The notes under the pieces are model-generated. The model was not told the origin of the DNA. It made no database searches and saw nothing but the letters and a program-made list of their open reading frames with translations. Of a DNA stretch of 64,000 nt, positions 22,461 through 35,231 are shown one piece after another. Positions within the stretch are counted from its first letter, which is position 1, and every line of letters starts with the position of its first letter. The translations under genes and the position numbers were made by a program. The DNA comes from an uncultured delta proteobacterium (GTDB lineage: Bacteria > Desulfobacterota > Binatia > HRBIN30 > BPIQ01): positions 160,001 through 224,000 of the forward strand of contig CAVXGR010000012.1 in assembly GCA_963761335.1 (NCBI GenBank), in the 5' to 3' direction.

Positions 22461-23514
22461 AGCCGTGCCGACGCAAGCCGCCACAGCGATGCCGTTTCTC
22501 TCGGTGGTCATCCCGATGCGCAACGAGTCGCGTCACATCGCCCCCTGTCTCGAGTCCGTGCTGCAGCAGGACTACCCTGCGGAGCGCATGGAGGTCTTGG
22601 TGGTCGACGGCGACTCCGACGACGACTCTTGCCAGGTAATCGAGGAGTATGCGCACCGCGACGGCCGCATCCGCCTGCTGCACAATCCGCGGCGCATCGT
22701 GCCGACGGCGCTCAACATCGCCATCCGCGCCGCCCGCGGCGAGGTGATCGTGCGGGTCGACGGGCACACGACACTGAGCTCCGATTACCTCCGCGAAGGG
22801 GTGGCGGCCCTCGAGCGCAGCCAGGCGGACAACGTCGGCGGCCTGATGACGGCGCGCGGCGGGGGAGCGCTCGGCGACGCCGTGGCGCTGGCCACCAGCT
22901 CGCCGTTCGGGATCGGTGCCTACTTTCATTTCGGCACCGAGGAGCGCTTCGTCGACACGGTCTACATGGGAATGTGGCCGCGGTCCGTGTTCAAGCGGGT
23001 GGGCCTGTTCGACGAGGAGTTGGTGCGCAACCAGGACGACGAGTTCAACTACCGCACCCGCAAGCTCGGGGGGCGCATCCTCATCGCGCCGCGCATGCGC
23101 TCTTCGTATCAGAATCGCACCGATCTCCGCTCGCTGGCGCGACAGTTCTTCCAGTACGGCTTCTGGAAGGTGCGCGTCTGCCAGAAGCATCCGCGGCAGA
23201 TGAGCTGGCGGCACTTCGTGCCTCCGGCACTGGTCCTCGGGCTGTTGCTGACGCCGCTGCTCCTGTGGCTGGCGCCGACTCTGGGCCTTTTCGGACTTGC
23301 CGGCGCGGCCCTCTATGCCAGCGCGGTGGGGGCCGCCTCCTGGCGGACGGCTCGCGAAGCGGGCCGCCGCGACATCCGCCTGCTGCCGGTCGCCTTCGCG
23401 GTGATTCATCTGAGCTGGGGAGCCGGCTTTCTGCTCGGCCTGCTGCGCTTCGCGCCGCATTGGTTTCGCGCCGAGCCGCAGCCCCCGAAGATCGCAGAAA
23501 CGACAAGTTGTTAG
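22453..23514 (+). CDS. Glycosyltransferase family 2 (ExoA-like)
   Basis: SVVIPMRNE, VDGDSDD, RVDGH, RNQDDEFNYR, QFFQYG. Confidence 0.92.
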   Translation: MPEAVPTQAATAMPFLSVVIPMRNESRHIAPCLESVLQQDYPAERMEVLVVDGDSDDDSCQVIEEYAHRDGRIRLLHNPRRIVPTALNIAIRAARGEVIVRVDGHTTLSSDYLREGVAALERSQADNVGGLMTARGGGALGDAVALATSSPFGIGAYFHFGTEERFVDTVYMGMWPRSVFKRVGLFDEELVRNQDDEFNYRTRKLGGRILIAPRMRSSYQNRTDLRSLARQFFQYGFWKVRVCQKHPRQMSWRHFVPPALVLGLLLTPLLLWLAPTLGLFGLAGAALYASAVGAASWRTAREAGRRDIRLLPVAFAVIHLSWGAGFLLGLLRFAPHWFRAEPQPPKIAETTSC

Positions 23515-23590
23515 GCTGTTAGGTTGTTAGTCGTCCGAGTGGTTGGTTCACAGCGAACAACCAACAACTCAACAGCGCAACAACCTGCCT
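23507..23590. repeat. Imperfect palindrome of 8-nt tandem units (repeat family A)
   Basis: GTTGTTAG-GCTGTTAG-GTTGTTAG ... CCAACAAC-TCAACAGC-GCAACAAC-CTGCCT. Confidence 0.75.
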
Positions 23591-23604
23591 TTCAGGGAGG
23601 TACC

Positions 23605-23943
23605 ATGAGAGCAAGGGAAAAACTGACTCTCGAAGAGAAGGTGTCGCTCGCCTTGGAGCTGATCAAGCGCGAGCGCTCCCTCGATGAGATTCGCACCCAC
23701 TATCGCGTTAGCCACACGACGGCGTACAAGGTGCGGAACACCTTTCTCGAAGGCGGGCGCGCCGCACTGTTGCGCGACGGGCCGCGTCGCCGCGCCGAGG
23801 ATCTGGAGCAGCGGGTGCAGGCGCTGGAGAACCTCCTGCAGAGCCGGTCGGGCCAACGAGAGGGTCGGCCGGCGCGGGCGGCGCAGTCACTCAATACAAA
23901 TGGACAAGGGGACGGCCGCTCGGTCGTCGCCCGCAAACAGTAA
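23605..23943 (+). CDS. Small helix-turn-helix protein resembling IS3-type OrfA
   Basis: GGGAGG RBS; EEKVSLALELIK.ERSLDEI..HYRVSHTTAYKVRNTFLEGGRAAL followed by a coiled coil. Confidence 0.7.
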   Translation: MRAREKLTLEEKVSLALELIKRERSLDEIRTHYRVSHTTAYKVRNTFLEGGRAALLRDGPRRRAEDLEQRVQALENLLQSRSGQREGRPARAAQSLNTNGQGDGRSVVARKQ

Positions 23944-23954
23944 GGAAGGCGCGA

Positions 23955-24890
23955 ATGTATCTAATCACAGGCGGAGCCGGCTTCATCGGCTCGAATCTGG
24001 CCGAGGCCCTGGTGCGTGCGGGAGAGAAAGTGCGCATCTTCGATGACTTCAGCAGCGGCTCGCGGGACAACCTGCGGGCCATTGCCGGCGACGTCGAGGT
24101 CATCGAAGGCGACCTGCGCGATCTCGACGCCGTGCGCACGGCCGTCAAGGGAGTCGAGTACATCTCTCATCAGGCGGCGCTGCGCTCGGTGCCGCGTTCG
24201 GTCGACGACCCATTGAGCACCGATGAGGTCAACATCCACGGCACGCTGCACCTGCTGATGGCGGCCCGCGACTCCGGCACGGTGAAGCGGCTGGCCTATG
24301 CCTCCTCGTCATCCGTGTACGGCGACAACCCCACTCTGCCGAAGGTCGAGGACCAGGCCACTGCGCCGGTCTCCCCCTATGCGGTGTCCAAGCTCGGGGC
24401 CGAGCTGTACTGCCGGGTGTTCAGCAAGCTCTACGGACTGGAGACGGTGTCGATGCGCTACTTCAACGTCTTCGGGCCGAAGCAGAGCCCGGAGTCACAG
24501 TACGCCGCCGTGGTGCCGCTGTTCATGCAGGCGGCACTGCGCCGCGAGCCGGTGACCATCCACGGCGACGGAGAGCAATCGCGCGATTTCACCCACATCG
24601 ACAACGTCGTGCAGGCGAACCTCCGGGCGCTTCGCACCGAAGGCGTCGCCGGCGAGGCCTTCAACATCGCCTGCGGTGAGCGGCATTCGCTTCTCGAGAT
24701 CGTGGCTCTCTTCGAGCGCTTTGTCGGCCATCCGATCGAGCGGCACCATACGCCGCCGCGCGCCGGCGACGTGCGCCACACGGAGGCCTCGATCGAGAAG
24801 GCGCGACGGCGGCTCGGATACGATCCCCAGGTCGGGTTCGAGGACGGCCTGGAGCGCACCTTCACGCATTTTCGCAGCCAGTTCCGCTGA
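23955..24890 (+). CDS. UDP-hexose/HexNAc 4-epimerase-like extended SDR (WbpP-like)
   Basis: [35 protein letters not shown]. Confidence 0.9.
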   Translation: MYLITGGAGFIGSNLAEALVRAGEKVRIFDDFSSGSRDNLRAIAGDVEVIEGDLRDLDAVRTAVKGVEYISHQAALRSVPRSVDDPLSTDEVNIHGTLHLLMAARDSGTVKRLAYASSSSVYGDNPTLPKVEDQATAPVSPYAVSKLGAELYCRVFSKLYGLETVSMRYFNVFGPKQSPESQYAAVVPLFMQAALRREPVTIHGDGEQSRDFTHIDNVVQANLRALRTEGVAGEAFNIACGERHSLLEIVALFERFVGHPIERHHTPPRAGDVRHTEASIEKARRRLGYDPQVGFEDGLERTFTHFRSQFR

Positions 24891-25008
24891 GCCCCGGAGG
24901 TAAATTGACATGGATCAGGTGAGCCGCTACGGTCGGCTCGCGTCTCCGCACGAGCCGGGCCTACCGGCCAACCCAACTGCGGCGGCGCGGATTCGCTGAG
25001 GAGGAACG

Positions 25009-25884
25009 GTGAGCATCCTGGTCGACAAGAACACACGTGTACTCACGCAGGGCATCACCGGTGCCACCGGACAGTTTCACACCCGCACCTGCCGCGAATA
25101 CGGCACCCAGATGGTCGCCGGCGTGACTCCAGGAAAGGGGGGCACCGACTTCGAGGGTATCCCCATCTTCGACACCGTCGCCCAAGCGGTCGCCGCCACC
25201 GGGGCCAACGCCTCGGTCATCTACGTGCCGCCGCCGTTTGCCGCCGACGCCATCATGGAGGCCGCCGACACCGAGCTGCCGCTTGCCGTGTGCATCACCG
25301 AAGGCATCCCGGTGCAGGACATGGTCCGCGTCAAGCGCTACCTGGAGGGGCGGCGGACGCGCTTGATCGGCCCCAACTGCCCGGGGATCATTTCCCCCGG
25401 GTCGTGCAAGATCGGCATCATGCCGGGATACATCCACACCCCGGGCGGCATCGGGGTGGTGTCGCGCAGCGGCACGCTGACCTATGAGGCGGTGCACCAG
25501 CTCACCGGGCTCGGCCTCGGGCAGTCCACCTGCATCGGTATCGGCGGCGACCCCATCATCGGCACCGGCTTCATCGACGCCCTCGAGCTGTTCCAGGCCG
25601 ACGGCGACACCAAGGGCGTCATCCTCATCGGCGAGATCGGCGGCACCGCCGAGGAGGAGGCGGCGGCCTACATCCAGAAGCACATGAACAAGCCGGTGGT
25701 CGCCTTCATCGCCGGACAGACGGCACCCAAGGGCAAGCGCATGGGACACGCCGGCGCCATCATCGCCGGCGGCCGCGGCACGGCGGCCGACAAGATCGCC
25801 GCCTTCGAAGCCGCCGGGGTGCGCGTCGCCAAGAGCCCGGCGGATCTCGGCACCACCATGCAGGCCGCACTGAAAGGAAATTGA
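25009..25884 (+). CDS. sucD: Succinyl-CoA synthetase alpha subunit
   Basis: [37 protein letters not shown]. Confidence 0.97.
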   Translation: MSILVDKNTRVLTQGITGATGQFHTRTCREYGTQMVAGVTPGKGGTDFEGIPIFDTVAQAVAATGANASVIYVPPPFAADAIMEAADTELPLAVCITEGIPVQDMVRVKRYLEGRRTRLIGPNCPGIISPGSCKIGIMPGYIHTPGGIGVVSRSGTLTYEAVHQLTGLGLGQSTCIGIGGDPIIGTGFIDALELFQADGDTKGVILIGEIGGTAEEEAAAYIQKHMNKPVVAFIAGQTAPKGKRMGHAGAIIAGGRGTAADKIAAFEAAGVRVAKSPADLGTTMQAALKGN

Positions 25885-25889
25885 TCGCA

Positions 25890-26309
25890 ATGCTCGAACG
25901 GACGTTTGCCATCGTCAAGCCGGATGCCGTCGCCAAAGGCGCCGCCGGCGAGATCCTGCGCCGCGCCCAGGCCTCCGGACTGCGCATCGTCGGCCTGAAG
26001 ATGCTGCACCTGACCAAGGCGGACGCCGGCCGCTTCTACGTGGTCCACAAGGAGCGCCCCTTCTACGACAGCCTCACGACGTTCATGTCCGAAGGGCCGA
26101 TCGTCATGGCCGCATTCGAAGGGCAGGGGGCGATCGCCAAGTGGCGCGAGCTCATGGGCCCGACCGATTCAAAGAAGGCGCCGCAGGGAACCATCCGCGG
26201 GGATTTCGGCACCGACGTCGAGCGCAATGCCGCGCACGGCTCCGACGCCCCCGAGACGGCGCAGTGGGAAATTGCCTTCTTCTTCAGCCAGCACGATCTC
26301 ATCCCCTGA
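25890..26309 (+). CDS. ndk: Nucleoside diphosphate kinase
   Basis: [25 protein letters not shown]. Confidence 0.97.
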   Translation: MLERTFAIVKPDAVAKGAAGEILRRAQASGLRIVGLKMLHLTKADAGRFYVVHKERPFYDSLTTFMSEGPIVMAAFEGQGAIAKWRELMGPTDSKKAPQGTIRGDFGTDVERNAAHGSDAPETAQWEIAFFFSQHDLIP

Positions 26310-26340
26310 GCCGCTGCCCGGCACACCGCTCGCGCCCGCG

Positions 26341-27363
26341 GTGCTGACGCCGGCGGCGCTGCGCGCCTGGATGGCGGCGCAGGGGCAGCCCGGCTATCGC
26401 GCCGAGCAGATCCTGCGCTGGGTCTACGGCGAGGGGGCGGGCTCGTTCGCCGAGATGACCAACATCTCGCGGCCGCTGCGCCTGCGCCTGGCGAGCGACT
26501 TCGCCCTGCCGCGCCTCGAGCCCAGCCGCATCGACCGTTCCCGCGACGGCACCCGCAAGCTCCTCTTTCTCCTCGACGAGGCGACCGCCGTGGAGACGGT
26601 GATCATTCCCGACCCGCCCCGGCTGACCATCTGCATCTCCAGCCAGGCCGGCTGTGCCATGGGATGCGGCTTCTGCGCCACGGCGCGCCTCGGCCTCCTT
26701 CGCCAGCTCAGTGCCGACGAGATCGTCGGCCAGGTGCTGGCGGCGCGTGCCCAGCTCGAGGGGGAGGAGCGCATCACCAACCTCGTCTTCATGGGAATGG
26801 GCGAGCCGTTACACAACTTCGACGAGGTGGTGCGCGCCATCGGCACGCTCACTGCGCCCTGGGGAATGAACCTCTCCCCGCGGCGCATCACCGTGTCCAC
26901 GGTCGGGCTGGTGCCGCAGATGCGGCGCCTCATCGGCGAGACCAAGGTGAACCTGGCGGTGTCGTTGACGGCGACCACCGACGCCTTGCGCAGCCGGCTG
27001 ATGCCGGTCAACCGGCGCTACGCTCTCGACGAGCTGCTGCGCGCCTGCCGCGAGCTGCCGCTGCCGCAGCGCAAGCGCATCACCTTCGAGTACGTCCTGC
27101 TCGCGGGGGTGAACGACACCCCCACCGACGCCGCCCGTCTCGTCCGGCTGCTGCACGGCATCCGCTGCAAGGTGAACCTGATTCCCTTCAACCCCTTTCC
27201 CGGCTCCGGCTTCGCGCCTCCCGCCGACGATGTGGTGCGGGCCTTTCGCGATCGTCTGGACGCCGCCCACGTGCACGCCAGCGTGCGCACCCATCGCGGG
27301 CGGGATGTGAGCGCTGCCTGCGGACAGCTCGCCGCCGAGGTGGGCGGCGCGGAGAGACCATGA
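26341..27363 (+). CDS. rlmN: 23S rRNA (A2503-C2)/tRNA methyltransferase, radical SAM
   Basis: CISSQAGCAMGCGFC, MGMGEPL, VNLIPFN, AACGQL; start approximate. Confidence 0.93.
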   Translation: MLTPAALRAWMAAQGQPGYRAEQILRWVYGEGAGSFAEMTNISRPLRLRLASDFALPRLEPSRIDRSRDGTRKLLFLLDEATAVETVIIPDPPRLTICISSQAGCAMGCGFCATARLGLLRQLSADEIVGQVLAARAQLEGEERITNLVFMGMGEPLHNFDEVVRAIGTLTAPWGMNLSPRRITVSTVGLVPQMRRLIGETKVNLAVSLTATTDALRSRLMPVNRRYALDELLRACRELPLPQRKRITFEYVLLAGVNDTPTDAARLVRLLHGIRCKVNLIPFNPFPGSGFAPPADDVVRAFRDRLDAAHVHASVRTHRGRDVSAACGQLAAEVGGAERP

Positions 27364-28229
27364 AGACGATCGGCGTCATCGGCGGCAGCGGTCTCTACGA
27401 CCTGCCAGAGCTCGGGTCCGTCGAGCGCATCCGCCTCGACACCCCCTTCGGCGCGCCGTCGGACGACTACGTCTGCGGCGTTCTCGGCGACACCCGACTG
27501 GTCTTCCTGCCGCGCCACGGTCGCGGCCACCGGATCCTGCCGACCGAGGTGAACTTCCGCGCCAACATCTACGGAATGAAGAAGCTCGGCGTCGAGCGCC
27601 TGATCGGCATCGGTGCCGTCGGCAGCCTCGCCGAAGCGATCGCCCCCGGGCACCTGGTGATCCCCGATCAGCTGATCGACCGCACCTCGAAGCGGCCGAG
27701 CACCTTCTTCGGCGGCGGTGTCGTCGCCCACGTCGCCTTCGCCGACCCCTTCTGCCCGCAGCTCAGCGGCGCCGTCGGCGCCGCCGCCCGCCAGGTCGGC
27801 GCCACGGTGCACGAGGGCGGGGTGTACGTCTGCATGGAAGGGCCGCAGTTCTCGACCCGCGCCGAATCGCACCTCTACCGCAGCTGGGGCGGCACGGTGA
27901 TCGGCATGACCAATCTGCAGGAGGCCAAGCTGGCGCGCGAGGCCGAGCTCTGCTTCACCACCGTGGCCCTGGTCAGCGATTACGACTGCTGGAACGCCGC
28001 CGCCGGCGACGTGGCCATCGAGGACGTGCTGCGCATCCTGGCGGCCGAGGTGGACATGGCGCGGCGGATGATCACCACTCTCGCGGCCGAGCTGCGCGAG
28101 CCGCGAGGCTGCGCCTGCGGGCGCGCCCTGGAGAACGCCATCATCACCGATCGGGCGCGGATTCCCGACGAGGCGCGCCGCCGACTCGGGCTGCTGATCG
28201 GCAAGTACGTGGGGGAGGAGAGCAGGTGA
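27360..28229 (+). CDS. mtnP: S-methyl-5'-thioadenosine phosphorylase
   Basis: GVIGGSG, PRHG, EGPQFSTRAES, GMT, SDYDCW. Confidence 0.93.
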   Translation: MKTIGVIGGSGLYDLPELGSVERIRLDTPFGAPSDDYVCGVLGDTRLVFLPRHGRGHRILPTEVNFRANIYGMKKLGVERLIGIGAVGSLAEAIAPGHLVIPDQLIDRTSKRPSTFFGGGVVAHVAFADPFCPQLSGAVGAAARQVGATVHEGGVYVCMEGPQFSTRAESHLYRSWGGTVIGMTNLQEAKLAREAELCFTTVALVSDYDCWNAAAGDVAIEDVLRILAAEVDMARRMITTLAAELREPRGCACGRALENAIITDRARIPDEARRRLGLLIGKYVGEESR

Positions 28230-29134
28230 GCATCACCGTCGTCGGCTCCGTGTTCTACGACTCGATCGAGACACCGCACGGCAGCGTCGACAACACCCTG
28301 GGCGGCGCCGCCACCTACTTCAGCATCGCCGCCAGCTTCTTCGCGCCGGTGCGCATGGTGGCCGCGGTGGGAGAGGATTTTCCCCAGGAAGAGCTGCAGG
28401 CGTTGCGCGCCCGCGGCATCGACCTCGCCGGGGTGCAGGTGCGCGCCGGGCAGACCGGGCGCTGGAGCGGGCGCTACCTCCAGGACATGAACCAGCGCGA
28501 GACCCTCGACCTGCAGCTGGGCGTGTTCTCCGATTTCGAGCCCGTCCTCCCGCAGCCCTATCGGAACGCCGACTTCGTCTTTCTCGCCAACATCGACCCG
28601 CGGCTGCAGTCCATGGTGCTCGATCAGCTGCACCAGCCCCGCCTGATCGGCTGCGACACCATGAACTACTGGATTGCGGAGACGCGGCCGGCGCTGGAAT
28701 CCCTCTTGCCGCGCATCCACGTGCTGGTGATCAACGATGAGGAGGCGCGCCAGCTCAGCGGCGAGCAGAACATTGTGCGGGCGGCGCGGCGCATCCTCTC
28801 CATGGGGCCCAAGAGCGTTCTCATCAAGCGCGGCGAGTACGGGGTCATCCAGTTCTCCCCCCACTCGGTCTTCGCCGTGCCCGCATTCCCGCTCGAGGAG
28901 GTGTTCGACCCGACCGGTGCCGGCGACGTCTTCGCCGGCGGCCTGATGGGCGCTCTCGCCCGTTCCGGGGACACCTCGGAGCGCGGCCTCCGCCAGGCAA
29001 TCGTCTACGGCAGCGTGCTCGGCTCGTTCGTGGTCGAGGACTTCGGCATGAGACGCCTGCGCGAGCTCACTGACGAGGACATCGAGCGGCGCTACCGCCA
29101 GTTCATCAGCCTCACGGACGTCGAGGGGGGCTGA
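28226..29134 (+). CDS. PfkB family carbohydrate/nucleoside kinase
   Basis: GGAATY, DTMNYWI, DPTGAGDVFAGG. Confidence 0.92.
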   Translation: MSITVVGSVFYDSIETPHGSVDNTLGGAATYFSIAASFFAPVRMVAAVGEDFPQEELQALRARGIDLAGVQVRAGQTGRWSGRYLQDMNQRETLDLQLGVFSDFEPVLPQPYRNADFVFLANIDPRLQSMVLDQLHQPRLIGCDTMNYWIAETRPALESLLPRIHVLVINDEEARQLSGEQNIVRAARRILSMGPKSVLIKRGEYGVIQFSPHSVFAVPAFPLEEVFDPTGAGDVFAGGLMGALARSGDTSERGLRQAIVYGSVLGSFVVEDFGMRRLRELTDEDIERRYRQFISLTDVEGG

Positions 29135-29151
29135 GGCGGGAGCGCGTCGGC

Positions 29152-29221
29152 GACAGGCAACTTTTGCGGCGGACTGCCTGCTCCAAATGCGCGATCGGAG
29201 CCGCAAAAGTAGCCTGTCCCC
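29152..29221. repeat. REP/MITE-like inverted repeat (repeat family B)
   Basis: GACAGGCAACTTTTGCGGC ... GCCGCAAAAGTAGCCTGTC, 19-bp arms with 1 mismatch. Confidence 0.8.
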
Positions 29222-29222
29222 T

Positions 29223-29251
29223 TTGACTTCGCTACCGGGCACCGTTATAAA
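29223..29251 (+). promoter_or_regulatory. Sigma70-type promoter
   Basis: TTGACT-N17-TATAAA in an otherwise very GC-rich sequence, upstream of ugd. Confidence 0.75.
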
Positions 29252-29282
29252 CTCGACACTTTGTTGTTCCGAGCTTCCGATC

Positions 29283-29317
29283 AGGGTCTGCCTGGCCATG
29301 CCGACAGGCCCTTTTTT
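29283..29317 (+). terminator. Intrinsic terminator-like hairpin in the ugd leader
   Basis: AGGGTCTG...CAGGCCC stem followed by T6. Confidence 0.65.
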
Positions 29318-29424
29318 GCACCGGCAGCTCGTCCATCACCGGGCCGGACTGCCGCCGGAACCTCGCTTCGAGAGCCTGCGAGGACGTACCGGCGGCGCCA
29401 GCCGCCACTGAACGAGGAGGCATC

Positions 29425-30734
29425 GTGAGACTCTGCGTATTGGGAACGGGGTACGTCGGACTGGTGGCCGGCACCTGCTTCGCCGAGAGCGGCAACGACG
29501 TGACCTGCGTCGACGTCGATCGCGAGAAGATCGCCCGCCTGCAACAGGGAGTGGTGCCCATCTACGAGCCCGGGCTGGAGGAGCTCATCCGGCGCAACAT
29601 GGCGGAGAAGCGGCTGAGCTTCACCACCGACATCGCCGAGGCGGTGCGCAACGCCGAGGTTTGCTTCATCGCCGTCGGCACGCCGCAAGCGGATGACGGC
29701 AGCGCCGACATGAGCTACGTGATGCGCGCCGCCGCCGAGATCGGCGAGAACATGACCGGCTATCGGCTGATCGTCACCAAGAGCACCGTTCCGGTCGGTA
29801 CCTGCCAGCGAATCGAGCACATCGTCGCCTCGCGCGCCTCGCACCCGTTCGACGTCGCCTCCAATCCCGAGTTCCTCAAGGAAGGCGCCGCCGTCGAGGA
29901 CTTCATGAAGCCCGATCGCGTCGTCATCGGCACGCGCAGCGACAGGGCCACGGAGCTCCTCCAGGCGCTGTACTCGCCCTTCGTGCGCACCGAGGCGCCG
30001 ATCGTGGTGATGAGCCCGGAGAGCGCCGAGCTCACCAAGTACGCCGCCAACGCCCTGCTGGCGGCGCGTATTTCGCTGATGAACGAGATCGCCAACCTCT
30101 GCGAGAAGGTCGGCGCCGAGGTCAACGCGGTGCGCCGCGGGGTCGGCTTTGACCGCCGCATCGGCCAGCACTTCCTCTTCCCCGGCGTCGGCTATGGTGG
30201 CTCCTGCTTTCCCAAGGACGTGCGCGCCGTGGTCAACACCGCGGCGCAGCACGGCCTCGACTTTCACCTGCTCAAAGCGGTCGAGCAGGTGAACGAGCGC
30301 CAGAAGGAGGTGCTGGTCGACAAGGTGAAAGCGCACTTCGGCGACTTTCTTCAGGGCATGCACTTCGCCGTCTGGGGGCTCGCGTTCAAGCCGCGCACCG
30401 ACGACATGCGCCAGGCGCCGGCGCTCACCGTCATCGAGCGGCTGCTGGCGGCAGGCGCCAAGGTGCACGCCCACGATCCCGAGGCGCTCAACGAAGCGCG
30501 GCGCACCTTCGGGGATCGCATCACCTATCACCGCGTCAACTACGAGGCTCTGGACGGTGCGGATGCCCTGCTGATCGTCACCGAGTGGAAGGAGTTCAGC
30601 CGTCCCGATTTTCATCGTATGCTGTCTCTGATGAAGCATCCGGTGATCTTCGACGGACGCAACGTCTACGACCCCGAGCAGATGCGCAAGCTCGGCTTCA
30701 CCTATTACTCGATCGGGCGCCCGGCAGTCACTCC

Positions 30735-30738
<4 letters not shown>
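29425..30738 (+). CDS. ugd: UDP-glucose 6-dehydrogenase
   Basis: [40 protein letters not shown]. Confidence 0.95.
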
Positions 30739-32626
<1,888 letters not shown>

Positions 32627-32649
32627 GGCATCGCCTCGATGTTCCCTTC

Positions 32650-34449
32650 ATGGATACGCAGCTCATCCGCAACTTCTCCATCATCGCCCACATCGACCAC
32701 GGCAAGTCGACCCTCGCCGATCGCCTGCTGGAGTTCACCGGCGCGATCAGCGAGCGCCAGCGGACGGCGCAGATCCTCGACAGCATGGACCTCGAGCGCG
32801 AGCGCGGCATCACCATCAAGGCCAGCCCGGTGCGCCTGCGCTACCGCGCCCGCGACGGCAAGGAGTACGTCCTCAACCTGATCGACACTCCGGGGCACGT
32901 GGACTTCTCCTACGAGGTCTCGCGCAGCCTGGCGGCGTGCGAGGGCGCCATCCTGGTGGTCGACGCCGCCCAGGGGGTGGAGGCGCAGACGGTCGCCAAC
33001 GTCTACCTCGCTCTCGACAACGACCTGGTGCTGCTGCCGGTGCTCAACAAGATCGACCTGCCGGCCGCCGATCCACAACGGGTGCGGGAGGAGATCGAGG
33101 AGGTCATCGGCCTCGACTGCAGCGGCGCGGTGCTGGCGAGCGCCAAGCTGGGGCAGGGGACGGAGGAAGTTCTCGAGGGCATCGTCCACACCTTCCCGCC
33201 GCCCAAGGGCAGGGCAGGGGATCCGCTGCGCGCCCTCATCTTCGACAGCTGGTTCGACCCTTATCACGGCGCCGTCTCCATGGTGCGCGTCTTCGACGGC
33301 GAGATCGCCCGCGGGCAGCGTATCCGCATGATGGCGAGCGGCAACCATTTCGAGGTCACCCGCACCGGGGTGTTCTCCCCCGTGCCGATGGAGGTGGACC
33401 GCCTCGGACCCGGCGAGGTCGGCTTCATCATGGCGGGCATCAAGGAGGTGCGCGAGACCAAGATCGGCGACACCATCACCACCGACGCGCGGCCGGCGGC
33501 GGCGCCTCTGCCGGGCTTCAAGGCCGTGAAGCCCATGGTCTTCAGCGGCCTCTACCCGACGGACACGCAGCAGTACGAGGTGCTGCGCGATGCCGTCGAG
33601 AAGCTGCGACTCAACGACTCGGCATTCACCTACGAGCCGGAGAGCTCGCTGGCTCTGGGCTTCGGCTTCCGCTGCGGCTTCCTCGGGCTGCTGCACATGG
33701 AGATCAACCGCGAGCGCCTCGAGCGCGAGTACGACCTGTCGCTGATCACCACGGCGCCGACCGTGGAGTACCGGGTGCACACCACCGACGGCGAGGTGCT
33801 CGCCGTCGACAGCCCGGCGAAGCTGCCGCCGGCACAGCGCATCGAGACCATCGAGGAGCCCTTCATCCTCGCCTCCATCCATCTGCCGGAATCCTGTCTC
33901 GGCAACGTCATGGCCCTCTGCGAGGACAAGCGCGGCCGGCAGCGGCATCTCAAGTACCTCGGCCGCAGCCGGGTCATGCTCGACTACGAGATGCCGCTCA
34001 ACGAGGTCGTGCTCGACTTCTACGACCGACTCAAGTCGGTGAGCCGGGGCTATGCTTCGCTCGACTACGACTTCCTGGAGTACCGCCCCTCGGAGCTGGT
34101 CAAGCTCGACATCCTCATCAACGGCGACCCGGTGGACGCCCTGTCGCTGCTCGTCCACCGCGAGCGCGCCTATCCCCGCGGCCGCGAGCTGGCCGAGAAG
34201 ATGCGCGAGCTCATCCCACGGCAGATGTTCGAGGTGGTCATCCAGGCGGCCATCGGCGCCAAGGTCATCGCTCGGGAGGTGGTGAAGGCCATGCGCAAGA
34301 ACGTCACCGCGAAGTGCTACGGCGGCGACATCACCCGCAAGCGCAAGCTCCTCGAGAAACAGAAGGAGGGCAAGCGGCGCATGAAGCAGGTCGGCCGCGT
34401 CGAGATTCCCCAGGAGGCATTCCTCGCGGTCCTCAAGGTGGGGGCGTAG
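32650..34449 (+). CDS. lepA: Translation elongation factor 4
   Basis: [45 protein letters not shown]. Confidence 0.98.
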   Translation: MDTQLIRNFSIIAHIDHGKSTLADRLLEFTGAISERQRTAQILDSMDLERERGITIKASPVRLRYRARDGKEYVLNLIDTPGHVDFSYEVSRSLAACEGAILVVDAAQGVEAQTVANVYLALDNDLVLLPVLNKIDLPAADPQRVREEIEEVIGLDCSGAVLASAKLGQGTEEVLEGIVHTFPPPKGRAGDPLRALIFDSWFDPYHGAVSMVRVFDGEIARGQRIRMMASGNHFEVTRTGVFSPVPMEVDRLGPGEVGFIMAGIKEVRETKIGDTITTDARPAAAPLPGFKAVKPMVFSGLYPTDTQQYEVLRDAVEKLRLNDSAFTYEPESSLALGFGFRCGFLGLLHMEINRERLEREYDLSLITTAPTVEYRVHTTDGEVLAVDSPAKLPPAQRIETIEEPFILASIHLPESCLGNVMALCEDKRGRQRHLKYLGRSRVMLDYEMPLNEVVLDFYDRLKSVSRGYASLDYDFLEYRPSELVKLDILINGDPVDALSLLVHRERAYPRGRELAEKMRELIPRQMFEVVIQAAIGAKVIAREVVKAMRKNVTAKCYGGDITRKRKLLEKQKEGKRRMKQVGRVEIPQEAFLAVLKVGA

Positions 34450-34513
34450 CCAGGCTCGATGGAATCGTCTAAAGTGGCGGCCTTCCCGCAGGAAAGGATC
34501 CCCTAGATCGATC

Positions 34514-35185
34514 ATGTCATTCTGGACAGGGCGAACACGGGCGGCGACCGCTGAGCTGCAGCGCCGCCATGCGGCGGCACCCAGCAAGACCAAGTCGGTC
34601 ACCCGCGAGTACATCGAAGCGCTCGCCGTCGCCATCGTGCTGGCGCTGTTCATTCGCACCTTCGTCGTGCAGGCCTTCAAGATTCCCTCCGGGTCGATGC
34701 TGCCGACGCTGCAGATCGGCGATCACATCCTGGTGAACAAGCTCTCCTACGGGCTGTGGGTTCCGGGTCTGGACGCGCGCCTGTTCGCCTTCTCCGAGCC
34801 TTCGCGCGGCGACGTGGTGGTCTTCATCTACCCGGTGGACCCCACCAAGGACTTCATCAAGCGCGTCGTCGCCGTGGGCGGCGACGTGCTGCAGATTCGC
34901 AACAAGCAGGTGTACGTGAACGGCAAGGCGGTGGTCGATCCGCACGCCTACTTCGCCGACGGCGAGGACGGCCGCCAGAGCTCGCCGCGCGACAACTTCG
35001 GGCCGGTGACCGTGCCGGCGCACCACATCTTCGTCATGGGAGACAACCGCGACCGCAGCTACGACAGCCGCTTCTGGGGGTTCGTCGACCTCTCGGCGGT
35101 GAAGGGACGGGCCTTCTTGATCTACTGGTCGTGGACGGACAACTATAAGATCCGCTGGGAGCGGCTCGGCGATCTGATTCACTAG
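34514..35185 (+). CDS. lepB: Signal peptidase I
   Basis: IPSGSMLPTL, FIKR, GDNRDRSYDSR. Confidence 0.96.
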   Translation: MSFWTGRTRAATAELQRRHAAAPSKTKSVTREYIEALAVAIVLALFIRTFVVQAFKIPSGSMLPTLQIGDHILVNKLSYGLWVPGLDARLFAFSEPSRGDVVVFIYPVDPTKDFIKRVVAVGGDVLQIRNKQVYVNGKAVVDPHAYFADGEDGRQSSPRDNFGPVTVPAHHIFVMGDNRDRSYDSRFWGFVDLSAVKGRAFLIYWSWTDNYKIRWERLGDLIH

Positions 35186-35231
35186 GCTTGGGGCCGAAAC
35201 CGGAGGATCGCGCCTCCGGCGTGGAGGGAGT

